Assembly (NCBI GenBank): GCA_031422315.1 | Contig: JANOQN010000072.1 | Coordinates: 9,048 to 73,047 of the forward strand | DNA from: Rhodanobacteraceae bacterium | GTDB lineage: Bacteria; Pseudomonadota; Gammaproteobacteria; Xanthomonadales; SZUA-5 | Direction of reading: 5' to 3' | Length of the DNA: 64,000 nt | Position numbers and translations under genes: made by a program | Notes under the pieces: model-generated | What the model saw: only the letters and a program-made list of their open reading frames with translations | Told to the model about the DNA's origin: nothing | Database searches by the model: none | In this document: piece by piece, positions 1 to 8,679 of the stretch | How positions within the stretch are numbered: the first letter of the stretch is position 1 | Layout: each line of letters opens with the position of its first letter

Positions 1-2
1 GA

Positions 3-1793
3 GATGAACTTGAGGCAACAAAATTAGGTGGTTTTGCAGGGCTCTCAGCATCACAATCTAAGACCGCAAGTCGGCTTGTTTCATCAATCGCAGACCAGTA
101 TGCAAAAGCCTTGTATGGCCCATCCTATGCTTTGCCCAGTTCGTTTGCGGCTTTAGCGTCTCAGGTTGGGACCTCTTTTGCTGCAATTGCTGGTAACTCT
201 CTCGGGCTTGTTAAAAACAATAAGCTAAGTGGCATTGAGTCGTTGGTTGGCCTGATCTCGTCAAGAGCCGGGTTTGTCTCGTCCACGGATGCTATCGAAC
301 AAATACTTCGGGGTAGAGAAGATTGGCTAGCCTTAACCACTGGGATTGAGAATCTTGCACATCAATTTGAATCCAAGTCGAAAGAACTAGAAACAACAAC
401 GCAATCTCTCGTAAAAACTGTCAAGTCGAACCAATCATCAGCCGCGTTTTTGACGTTTCTATATTTTGTGTTGAACGCATTGTTAGGCGACGATTGGATT
501 GCTCGGATATCAGATTCAATTTCGGCTGCTCCAAATCACCCGAAACAAATAACCGTCGAAATTGAATCTAAATGCACCACCGAGCTCTGCATAGTCGCTG
601 GCACAAAACCGCGCCGAATCTTCGGCGAACCACGTAAAAGCGCGACGGTTGTAACTCGCATTTCGGCAGGCACTTTTGTCCGACCACTACACCAGTCAGG
701 CGAATGGCAGCTTATTGAGTTTTTAACCGAAAGCGGGAAAAGACTTAACGGTTGGATCGAAACTGAAGCCTTAGAAGACTTTCGGGCTCAACTAAGCAGC
801 GAGATCGTTTCCGTTTTGACCTCACAAAACAAATCGATTTCCAAAGAAGTAAAAAAGCCGGAAACCTTTGCAGTCCCTAAAATTATTAAGAACGAAGGTC
901 AGCCAGCTACAAAGCGTTTCCTAGAGTTCTTCGCAGCCAGTATTCGAAATAAAAACACACGCCTTGCCTACGCCAAGGCTTGCAATAGCTTCCTTAATTC
1001 AATGGAAAATTCAGGCCTAGCACTTCACATGATCGAACCTCTCCATATCGCGGTGCACGTTGAAAAGCTCACTCAGGAACGCTCGCCAGCAACGGTAAAG
1101 CAACACGTCGCAGCGATTCGCCAGATGTTTGATTACCTCGTCACCGGTCAAATCATCCCAAGCAATCCTGCTTCTTCAGTCAAACCGCCTAAGCATGTCT
1201 CAGACGGTGGGAAAACGCCCATTTTGCAATCAGAGGAGCTTCGCCAGCTGTTCGCAAGCTTGAACCCCGATGTATTGATCGATGTGCGCGATCGCGCAAT
1301 ATTGGCGGTGATGACGTTTTCTTTTGCGCGCGTTGGCGCAGTGGTCAAGCTTCGGGTTCGAGACTATTACCGCCAAGGCGCGCAAGCCTGGTTCTTGCTT
1401 CGCGAAAAAGGCGGGCGCGACAATAAAGTTCCAGTGCATCACGAGGCCGCAAATTACGTGGAACACTACATTGAACTAGCGGGTCTAGCAGACCAGCGGG
1501 AAATGCCACTCTTTCGTAGCTTTAAGGGGCGCACCGGCACGCTCACCGTTAAACCGATGCTACGCGGAAATGTTTTCGACATGATCAGACGGCGCGCCGC
1601 TGCGGTCGGTTTGCCTGTTGAAATTGGTTGCCATAGCTTTCGAGGATCTGGCATTACCAATTATTTAAGCAACGGTGGAACGTTGGAGGTAGCGGCGCGA
1701 ATTGCTGGCCATCGATCAACCACCACAACGCAGCTTTACGACCGGCGAAACGAACAGGTGAGTCAGGCGGAAATAGAGCGGATTCGATTTTGA
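3..1793 (+). CDS. Tyrosine recombinase with long N-terminal extension (hydrophobic helix plus SH3b-like domain); 5' end runs off the window
   Basis: Frame open from base 3. C-terminal ~310 aa has RDRAIL...FARVGA, CHSFR, AGH, QLYD (R-HxxR-H-Y). Segment RRIFGEPRKSATVVTRISAG...WQLIEF...GWIETEAL resembles SH3b. Confidence 0.85.
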   Translation, partial: DELEATKLGGFAGLSASQSKTASRLVSSIADQYAKALYGPSYALPSSFAALASQVGTSFAAIAGNSLGLVKNNKLSGIESLVGLISSRAGFVSSTDAIEQILRGREDWLALTTGIENLAHQFESKSKELETTTQSLVKTVKSNQSSAAFLTFLYFVLNALLGDDWIARISDSISAAPNHPKQITVEIESKCTTELCIVAGTKPRRIFGEPRKSATVVTRISAGTFVRPLHQSGEWQLIEFLTESGKRLNGWIETEALEDFRAQLSSEIVSVLTSQNKSISKEVKKPETFAVPKIIKNEGQPATKRFLEFFAASIRNKNTRLAYAKACNSFLNSMENSGLALHMIEPLHIAVHVEKLTQERSPATVKQHVAAIRQMFDYLVTGQIIPSNPASSVKPPKHVSDGGKTPILQSEELRQLFASLNPDVLIDVRDRAILAVMTFSFARVGAVVKLRVRDYYRQGAQAWFLLREKGGRDNKVPVHHEAANYVEHYIELAGLADQREMPLFRSFKGRTGTLTVKPMLRGNVFDMIRRRAAAVGLPVEIGCHSFRGSGITNYLSNGGTLEVAARIAGHRSTTTTQLYDRRNEQVSQAEIERIRF

Positions 1794-1887
1794 CTCTGAA
1801 GTAACCGAATTAATTTTTCTTCAAAATATTATGAACTGGTTCACAAAAATAGGCGCAGTGTTTGTCATGTCAACCACGACCTGGAGA

Positions 1888-2097
1888 ATGAAAATGCTCA
1901 TAGATAAAGCGATTTTGTCGGTTTTGATACTCGCGATTCCGGTGTGTTCAGAGGCAGGGTGGTTAAAAAAGCGTTGGAGAGAAATAGAACATGCCGCCAC
2001 TGACGCTGCGGACGCAGTAGTTACGGTAGCACATGACAGTCATTGTCGTTCGCCCAGCCATGCAGGCACGCCAGTACCTTTTCTCGATTCTCTATAG
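1888..2097 (+). pseudogene. Probable 5' fragment of a secreted protein
   Basis: GGAG then ATGAAAATG; signal-peptide-like start (ILSVLILAIPVCSEA) then GWLKKRW; runs head-on into the minus-strand ORF. Confidence 0.45.
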
Positions 2098-2608
2098 TTT
2101 CAAAGGCTGGCAGCGCGACAGCAAATCCAGCTTCTGTTTGCACAGCTTTTATAAAATCAGTTCTGCCTTTGTCCGTCGCTAAAATTCGAGCCTTCTCCAA
2201 ACCTGCAACACGAGCAAAACCTACGAGTGACGTTTGTACTCGTTTACGCCGAAGTTTCTCTCGTTTCGGCGTAAAACTAACGGTCTCTCTGCCATCGATG
2301 TCACCGTAAATTGTCAATTTAAAACCGTTTTGTTTGCTTTTTTGAAACACCAGGTTGCCAATCACATTGACAACGTCGCCCAGCTCGATAGTGCAAGCCG
2401 AGGGCAAACAAGCAGTCAAGGTTTGGGTTGCGCCCTCTAGTGACCCAATAACTGCGTATAGCTTTTTCGGAAGTATGGCTGGCCAGGGCGTTACCTCTAA
2501 TACTTTGCCTGTCACCCTAATAGTCCCGCGCGGATGTTCAACGGTTAATTGCGATACGAGCAACTCAGGAGAAAACTGAGGAAACGCTTGCGCTTTCTTG
2601 ATACTCAT
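2021..2608 (-). pseudogene. OB-fold protein resembling exonuclease VII large subunit, C-terminally truncated
   Basis: N-terminal OB-fold-like pattern (IRVTGKV...LYAVI...GDVVNVIGNL), then ILATDKGRTDF and DCHVL, ending where XseA has its RGGG motif. Confidence 0.45.
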
Positions 2609-2628
2609 AGACTTCTCAAAACGTTAAT

Positions 2629-3696
2629 CTAATTTAGATTTGGCTCCGTTACAACTTGGCGAATAACAGCCGGTAGCGCTTCAGGCTCATTTGTGTTCAC
2701 AGCAATTGGTGGAAGCCATCGCAAACTGAGCGCTTGTGTGCCCCGTTTTCCAATCCAGAAGGAATGCCAGTGCGCACGCCTAACATGTGGTCGCACTGAA
2801 TTAACATATCCATCTGCCGTTGAATGCTTAATGTTTTGGCTCGCCCATAAATCAAGCGCACTGCCGATTCGTAAGCCAACCTCCCACGTTTTCGCGAGCT
2901 TGGCAGCGATGAGCCGCCGCTGTGATCCAAAGACTGCTGACTTAGGTGCCGGCGGCGTCCAATCGTCAATTTCAGGCTTCTCGGAGCAAAGATACAGAAC
3001 CAAAGATAGCATCCCAGAAACAACTCGTTCAATTGCCCGTTTCTCTTCGATTTTGAAATCAGAATACTTCCGCTGTTTAGCGCCAGATTCCTGCGCTTCG
3101 GCGTCTTCGTTTCGCTCAAAGTGAAGTTGCACCAAGTCTGATACTGGGTGGTTTCCAAGCGGGAGAGAAAAGGCAATTAAGTCACGAAGTGGTTCGAATT
3201 TCTGCGAGTCGAATTCATTTTCATCCTTCGTGTTGCGCCGTAAAATTCCAACGATTTGCAGATCATCCTGCTTACCTAATCGCGACAAATACGCAAAAAA
3301 ACCCTCAATTGGAAAAGGCAATAATTCTGACTCAGGCGTTTCAATGTAAACCGCTTGCCCAGGCATTCTTAAGAAGAGCGAGCTTGGAATTTCACCTTCT
3401 AAAGGTGTCTTTATCAAAGCCTGAAAAATACCAGGATGAAAACGGTAGATTCCCTTAGTGGGCCGCCAGGAAACAAGCGCTCCGAATAACGCTGGATTGA
3501 ATTCTGGCGAAGGATTGTCAATTCCTTGCAGCCTAAGCGAAAGCGCATTTCCCTCAGCATTAGAGAAGATACATCCTTCTCCATGCTTTCTTTCATTTTT
3601 CAAGAAAGATTTTAGTTCATCCGCTAATCGCCACACCGTAGGGTATCGCTGCTGGACAGTGCGCAGAGCATTTAGAGCTGAGTGATTTTCATCCAT
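2629..3696 (-). CDS. AcrVA2/FinQ-family protein (putative anti-CRISPR or fertility-inhibition factor)
   Basis: Motifs WRPTKGIYRF, IPSSLFLRMP..AVYIE, GFFAY, LVLYLCSEKPEI, VGLRIG, RPHVRRAHWHSFWIG, RWLPPIAVN follow the AcrVA2 motif order as I recall it. Confidence 0.8.
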   Translation of the reverse strand: MDENHSALNALRTVQQRYPTVWRLADELKSFLKNERKHGEGCIFSNAEGNALSLRLQGIDNPSPEFNPALFGALVSWRPTKGIYRFHPGIFQALIKTPLEGEIPSSLFLRMPGQAVYIETPESELLPFPIEGFFAYLSRLGKQDDLQIVGILRRNTKDENEFDSQKFEPLRDLIAFSLPLGNHPVSDLVQLHFERNEDAEAQESGAKQRKYSDFKIEEKRAIERVVSGMLSLVLYLCSEKPEIDDWTPPAPKSAVFGSQRRLIAAKLAKTWEVGLRIGSALDLWASQNIKHSTADGYVNSVRPHVRRAHWHSFWIGKRGTQALSLRWLPPIAVNTNEPEALPAVIRQVVTEPNLN

Positions 3697-3912
3697 GGCC
3701 GATTCCTATAAATAGCACAAAGCCAGTATCCGCCTCCAACTGCGCTGGCGCATTGAGATTGTTTGGCCATTAATTGAAAAACACAACCATCTAGTTTAAG
3801 GCAAACACCAGAAACTCCAATATGCGCGATCCAAAAAGTGCGGAAATGCCTACCAAAGCCGCTAAACCTGCGTTGGCATTCAATACGAGGTTTTCGCGAT
3901 GAAGACAGTCGG

Positions 3913-4200
3913 TCATTCGTGAAACCAATAAAACATGTATTGCAAATGACCTATAAACATGACGATGCCCACGAATGCAAAAATAGGCAGTTCAAATTGG
4001 CGCGCAAGCCAAATCATCACGAAGCTGGCTATGCCGAGCCCGATGGCGACACTCAGCGGACTCATCTCGCGAATGTTTTGTGCATCCTCCAATCTCGACA
4101 CGTAGTAGGCGTAGCCAAACTCAGTATCTTCCGCTGCTTTTGCCGACTTTAAACGCTCGATATAGCGTGTTTTTGACTCAAAAAACCGCCGCCTAGCCAT
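3913..4200 (-). CDS. Small two-TM membrane protein
   Basis: 95-aa ORF with two hydrophobic segments; start overlaps the upstream gene. Confidence 0.6.
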   Translation of the reverse strand: MARRRFFESKTRYIERLKSAKAAEDTEFGYAYYVSRLEDAQNIREMSPLSVAIGLGIASFVMIWLARQFELPIFAFVGIVMFIGHLQYMFYWFHE

Positions 4201-4726
4201 CGGAATACTCCTTCTTTAACATCGGCAAAACCTGACCCTCATCCAACTCCTGACGCGCCGTGGGCCTATATCGCCGCCCAAGCTCCTTCGAAAAAAACAC
4301 GTCACGAAAGTGCGTACGTACGCCACCAATATCATCCACCGACAGTCCAAGTTCGCGCTTATACCAGCGCGCAATCTCATAAGTATCACCGCGCGAACTG
4401 CCCTGCCTCAGACGATTTTGCAACACGTCTAACTCATGTCGGCTTGCTTCCGTGAGCGGCTCAAATGCTGCGAGCAGCTCAAATACGCGCTCTGGAGGTG
4501 CGGGCATTTGCTTCATTGAATACATGCCCCACCCCTGAACTGCGATACTTGCCAGAATCGCAGGCACGTAAAGTGGCGTACCCCATAAAAAATATGCGGC
4601 CACTAGCAACGCAATTGAAAGCGCGATTATGACAAGCGGTTTGTACCGTTTAGCGCTCAGCAAATCCGCAATCTCCTGGATGCGTGCCAGATTCTCCGCA
4701 TCAATCCCAGCATCACGCGCACTCAT
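4193..4726 (-). CDS. Hypothetical two-TM membrane protein
   Basis: 177-aa ORF, ATGA-coupled to the upstream gene, two hydrophobic helices. Confidence 0.7.
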   Translation of the reverse strand: MSARDAGIDAENLARIQEIADLLSAKRYKPLVIIALSIALLVAAYFLWGTPLYVPAILASIAVQGWGMYSMKQMPAPPERVFELLAAFEPLTEASRHELDVLQNRLRQGSSRGDTYEIARWYKRELGLSVDDIGGVRTHFRDVFFSKELGRRYRPTARQELDEGQVLPMLKKEYSDG

Positions 4727-5232
4727 CGAAGTGAATCCACAATCGCGTTGAATTGGCTGATGTAAGTCGCTGCAATTTGTCGCCCACTTTTGCTTTCCAC
4801 GTACGCATTCAAAGCGCTTGCCGTAAGCCCAACAGCGATGTTTTCGTCGGTCACCACGCCATCCCTATCAAAGTCAAATAAGCTACCCACGTCGTAGTTA
4901 TCAACGTTCAAAGCATCGGTCGTCGTAATGGTGGCTTGTTTCCCAGTGGTATCTCTGAGCACCAAGTTGTTGGAATCACCCGCACCCAAAACAAAGCGCG
5001 CGGCATAACCAGGCCGAATTTCAGTAAAGCATCCAGAGGTCATGATTATGACTGCAAGTAATCGGTCAACATATTCGTAGTCCATTTGCTCGGCATCAAT
5101 TTCGCGGATGAATCCACGCGGCTCTACCGCGATGGTGGCGATTGGCGTTTCGCACTGAGTAAGCTTGGCAGGGTCAGCCGCCTGCGCTGTAAGGCATGCA
5201 AACGAGACGGCGCAAATAAAAAACAATTTCAT
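4723..5232 (-). CDS. Secreted CsgG-like protein (short paralog of 7259-8290)
   Basis: Signal peptide (AQA). LTQCETPIATIAV, LLAVIIMTSGCF and GRQIAATYISQFN parallel LERCDAPLGTLAV, LLRLLIQQSGCF and GKVIAGAFMDAFN of the CsgG-like gene. Confidence 0.7.
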   Translation of the reverse strand: MKLFFICAVSFACLTAQAADPAKLTQCETPIATIAVEPRGFIREIDAEQMDYEYVDRLLAVIIMTSGCFTEIRPGYAARFVLGAGDSNNLVLRDTTGKQATITTTDALNVDNYDVGSLFDFDRDGVVTDENIAVGLTASALNAYVESKSGRQIAATYISQFNAIVDSLR

Positions 5233-5465
5233 TGTGGATCCTCGGTAGATTTATTAATCGGCTCGCAAAACAACGTTTCGTCGTCAAACGCTGGTAACCA
5301 TTTCAATCCGTGACATAAGGCGCAGTGATAGATACCGGGTAAATCAGCATCCACGCAATCAACATCGACGCAGCGTCTGTATCCATGCTCAAAAGTGGTA
5401 GCGGCAAACGACTCCTCAATCCGTGCCAAGTTATCCGCATCGGCCACTGCACCACGCCCGCTCAA
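5229..5465 (-). CDS. Small Cys-rich (putative Zn-binding) protein
   Basis: 78 aa, CVDVDC...HCALCHG; 4-bp overlaps with both neighbours. Confidence 0.6.
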   Translation of the reverse strand: MSGRGAVADADNLARIEESFAATTFEHGYRRCVDVDCVDADLPGIYHCALCHGLKWLPAFDDETLFCEPINKSTEDPQ

Positions 5466-5938
5466 AACGGTATCTCATCATCAAAGTCATCGGTAGGCGG
5501 CACCTCACTGCGCGCCGGTGCCGCACGCGCAGCCGGCCGTGAACCAGGCGCGCCGGGCGCTGGACGCGCGCGCGGCTCAGCACCGGTGTTGGCATCTTGG
5601 CCGGCGCCACCCAAAAGCTGAATTTCATCCGCCAGAATATCCGTGGTGTAGCGCTCAATGCCTTCTTTATCCGTGTATTTATCGGTGCGCAGCTTGCCTT
5701 CGATATAGACAGAACGCCCTTTACGCAGATATTCGCTTGCGATTTCAGCCAGCCGCCCGAACAGCTTGACCCGATGCCATTCGGTGCGCTCTTGCATTTC
5801 GCCGGTGGCTTTATCTTTCCAGCTTTCGTTGGTCGCTAGTTTTAGCGTGGTAATCGGCGCGCCGTTCGCGCCATACCGGGTTTCAGGATCGGAACCGCAG
5901 TTGCCGATTAAAATGACTTTGTTAACGCCGCGTGCCAT
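5462..5938 (-). CDS. ssb: Single-stranded DNA-binding protein
   Basis: [13 protein letters not shown]...TEWHRV...DFDDEIPF. Confidence 0.97.
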   Translation of the reverse strand: MARGVNKVILIGNCGSDPETRYGANGAPITTLKLATNESWKDKATGEMQERTEWHRVKLFGRLAEIASEYLRKGRSVYIEGKLRTDKYTDKEGIERYTTDILADEIQLLGGAGQDANTGAEPRARPAPGAPGSRPAARAAPARSEVPPTDDFDDEIPF

Positions 5939-5978
5939 AGGGGTTCCTTTGAGTTAATTGATTGGTGAAAAACAATTT

Positions 5979-6374
5979 TTATAACAGTGCTTCGCATATT
6001 GCGCGCGGATGTGTTGGATCCAGTGCGTAGAGCGCTACTCGTTGATCCACAATTCGCGTGTTGAAATCCGCCATCAAGCTCGCTGCGTCAGTGAAGTAAT
6101 CCGCCCGCTTCGCCAAAGAAGCCAGTTTCATTTCAAGACCTTCAATCGCTTCTACAGTCCTTTCTACTTCCGCCAGGCGGCTGTCTTTTCGCGCATCTAA
6201 GGTGCCTTCATTGGCGAGGTGCTGCCGTATTGCAAAACGCGCTTCTGCTTCCAACGACCTACTATTTGCTTCCGCCGAACGATTCAGCGCCGAGTGCATG
6301 CCACTTTCCAATCTAACCGTCATCCGCTCTTTTGGGTTTTCTGCAACTGTGTTTTCGTTGATGCCACGTGTCAT
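5979..6374 (-). CDS. Arc/ribbon-helix-helix DNA-binding protein with coiled-coil tail
   Basis: RMTVRLESGMHSALNRSAEANSRSLEAEARFAI is Arc-like. Confidence 0.75.
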   Translation of the reverse strand: MTRGINENTVAENPKERMTVRLESGMHSALNRSAEANSRSLEAEARFAIRQHLANEGTLDARKDSRLAEVERTVEAIEGLEMKLASLAKRADYFTDAASLMADFNTRIVDQRVALYALDPTHPRAICEALL

Positions 6375-6406
6375 GGGTGTCTCCGTTAAAAAATGTGTGC
6401 AGGTAC

Positions 6407-6991
6407 TTATGGGTTCTCAAATCCAGAACTAAATATCAGCGGCGCGACCGGCCCTTGCACCTGTCCATCACACACCACATCACCGGTTCGACTGCGAAGG
6501 CGCACTGAGTCAAACCCTGGCAAATACTGGATAACGAACGGCATGGGCTCTAAGGCAATCCGCTGATTTGCCGATCCGCTGAGCGTCAAAATCGGCGCCG
6601 GCGGATTGATAGAAAGCGCAGCGCCATTAGCGCGCCTGCAGTTACTCCATGACCCACTGCTGATCTCGATCAAGTTTGGCTGCATAAAGCTTTGCACTAG
6701 CGTGCCGGTGATTTGGTACCAAAAGCTATCCAGCTCCAACAGCATCGGCAGGGTTGATGCCGGCAGTGGATCTCGACTGATCGCGACACCCGTTGCGCCA
6801 CGCCCTAGACAGCAGTTATCCAGGTTGCCAATGGTCAAAATTAAGTTGCCGCGTGACAGCAAATGAGGCGGTATCACCGACACGCTGGTCGGTTGCCCTG
6901 CTCCATTGCTGATGGTCAGCGTTTGCGCCTGGCTAACCGAGCCCAAACCAAGCGCAACCAGGAACGCCATTCTCAAGCAGAGTTTATTCAT
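6407..6991 (-). CDS. Secreted protein with C-terminal IFxxGFE motif
   Basis: Start re-assigned to MNKLCLRMAFLVALG (signal peptide, SQA); ends LIFSSGFENP. Confidence 0.75.
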   Translation of the reverse strand: MNKLCLRMAFLVALGLGSVSQAQTLTISNGAGQPTSVSVIPPHLLSRGNLILTIGNLDNCCLGRGATGVAISRDPLPASTLPMLLELDSFWYQITGTLVQSFMQPNLIEISSGSWSNCRRANGAALSINPPAPILTLSGSANQRIALEPMPFVIQYLPGFDSVRLRSRTGDVVCDGQVQGPVAPLIFSSGFENP

Positions 6992-7259
6992 CGTCAGGCG
7001 CACGCAATAGATAAACAAAAACAATATTGAGCGATATTCTCGTTGCATTTTGCGACGTATTATCAGCCCAATCCCAAGCACGTTTCCTTAAGTCTTGTTC
7101 AATTTTCTCAAACTCTTTTTCTGATAACGGCCAACCGCAATTTTCTAAAATGACGGTGCTTGTCCTTAGTCCACTCTCCAAAGGTGAGTCTGAGGGTCCG
7201 TGTACCCCGTAGTGATAGGTAACCTTGAGGTGCGTCGTTCCTGTCATATCTGCGCTCAT
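6984..7259 (-). CDS. Hypothetical protein
   Basis: 91-aa ORF coupled to both neighbours. Confidence 0.6.
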   Translation of the reverse strand: MSADMTGTTHLKVTYHYGVHGPSDSPLESGLRTSTVILENCGWPLSEKEFEKIEQDLRKRAWDWADNTSQNATRISLNIVFVYLLRAPDDE

Positions 7260-8290
7260 TATTTCAACGCCGACAACGTGCCCGCATCCAGAACTCCGGA
7301 CGCCGGCAACCCGCGAATCGTTTGAAACTGCTTCAACGCCGCCACTGTCTTTGGACCAGGTGCACCGGTAATCGCATCCGAATAAAGCCCTAATTGCGCG
7401 AGCCGAATCTGCGCCTCGCGCCAGGTCATCGGCGCAGCTGCTGCAGCCGGTTGTGACGCAGCCACCGGCGCGGCCGTACGCGCACCATCCACCGCGAGCG
7501 CGCCCCCAGTTCCCAAACCATTCGGGCCAGTACGCTGCGCACTGTAACCGCGCGCTGCCACGGTCATTTGATTAAACGCATCCATAAACGCGCCGGCAAT
7601 CACTTTGCCTTGAGGCGTGTTCTGCCAAGCACCCATGCCGACTGCCGCGCCGCCGCCGACACCTAAACCGCCAAACGAAAAGTCCTTTTTAGACGCCACA
7701 CCTTCACTAAAGGCCACTTGCACACCGCTGCGCCCATCCACCAATATCAACGTGGTAGCGGCCTCCACTTTTCGCATACCGCCCGCCACCAGCCCGGCAT
7801 AAGGATTGAGCATGCCCACGATCGCGCCGACTGTGCCGCCACCGGTGGCTTGTGCAAATTGGATCGATGGCGTCATGGTGTAATCCGCAGCCACCATCTG
7901 CCCCGCACCCATATTTGAGCCCTGCCGAAGATCACCATTGCGCGCCATATCGCGTTCGACCTGCATTTGCTCCATCGCGCGGCCGCGATCGACAATCACA
8001 AAACACCCGGACTGCTGGATCAATAGCCGCAGCAAGGGAGTGGTAGCCGGCAATTCGTATTGCGTGGTCAACAGCGTGTACCAATCCTGCGTCGTGTCTT
8101 CAACCACGGCCAAAGTGCCGAGCGGCGCATCACAGCGCTCCAGCAGCGCACTGGCACCGACGGCATTACCACCTGCCGCAGATCCAGAAACCGGGCCGCG
8201 CGCAGAAGGATCACCGACTTGGACGCCGGTGGCGCAGCCGCCTAACAGTAGAGCAGTAAGGCAAAGGGTGAGGGGTTTGAAAGAAGTCAT
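7259..8290 (-). CDS. CsgG-family lipoprotein with C-terminal peptidoglycan-binding domain
   Basis: Lipobox LLGGC; SGCFVIVDRG...AADY; C-terminal AQIRLAQLGLY...GPKTVAALKQFQ...GLPASGVLD. Confidence 0.85.
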   Translation of the reverse strand: MTSFKPLTLCLTALLLGGCATGVQVGDPSARGPVSGSAAGGNAVGASALLERCDAPLGTLAVVEDTTQDWYTLLTTQYELPATTPLLRLLIQQSGCFVIVDRGRAMEQMQVERDMARNGDLRQGSNMGAGQMVAADYTMTPSIQFAQATGGGTVGAIVGMLNPYAGLVAGGMRKVEAATTLILVDGRSGVQVAFSEGVASKKDFSFGGLGVGGGAAVGMGAWQNTPQGKVIAGAFMDAFNQMTVAARGYSAQRTGPNGLGTGGALAVDGARTAAPVAASQPAAAAAPMTWREAQIRLAQLGLYSDAITGAPGPKTVAALKQFQTIRGLPASGVLDAGTLSALK

Positions 8291-8320
8291 TTTAGGTTCC
8301 TGGGGGTTAAATGGCGTCAA

Positions 8321-8364
8321 GTAGTCCAATTGACTACAAGCATTGGGTTAATTAGACTAGCGTC
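8321..8364 (+). promoter_or_regulatory. sigma70 promoter of mqsRA with palindromic operator; probably leaderless mRNA
   Basis: TTGACT (8330-8335), 17-bp spacer, TAGACT (8353-8358); ATG at 8365; palindrome GTAGTC-N5-GACTAC (8321-8337) overlaps the -35. Confidence 0.65.
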
Positions 8365-8670
8365 ATGGAAAAAAACACGCCGCATTACCGTTTGACGGTC
8401 GTTCAAACGGTAGTTGCCGACCCTAATTCCGAGCCATTTACTAACTTGGCCAAGATGGGTGCTATTGAGCTTGGCGTTAACGACAAACAAATGCGGGCTA
8501 TCGTTTTGGCGCTGACGCGAAGATCGTTCTACAAAAGCATGACGTCGTTTGCGGATCACAAGGTTTGGCAGGACGTTTATACCGGCACGACGGATACAGG
8601 CATTGAGGTCTATATCAAGATCACTCAGCTGCCCGGGCTTCCACCGATTATTCAATTCAAACGTAAGTAG
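8365..8670 (+). CDS. mqsR: MqsR family toxin
   Basis: MEKNTPHYRL...FYKSMTSFADHKVWQDVY...VYIKI. Confidence 0.93.
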   Translation: MEKNTPHYRLTVVQTVVADPNSEPFTNLAKMGAIELGVNDKQMRAIVLALTRRSFYKSMTSFADHKVWQDVYTGTTDTGIEVYIKITQLPGLPPIIQFKRK

Positions 8671-8679
8671 AGGATCGCT

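Noticed and set aside
3-1793. Shufflon (Rci) invertase system
   Set aside because: No pilV and no repeated sfx-like inverted sites seen nearby; the region left of the window is not visible.
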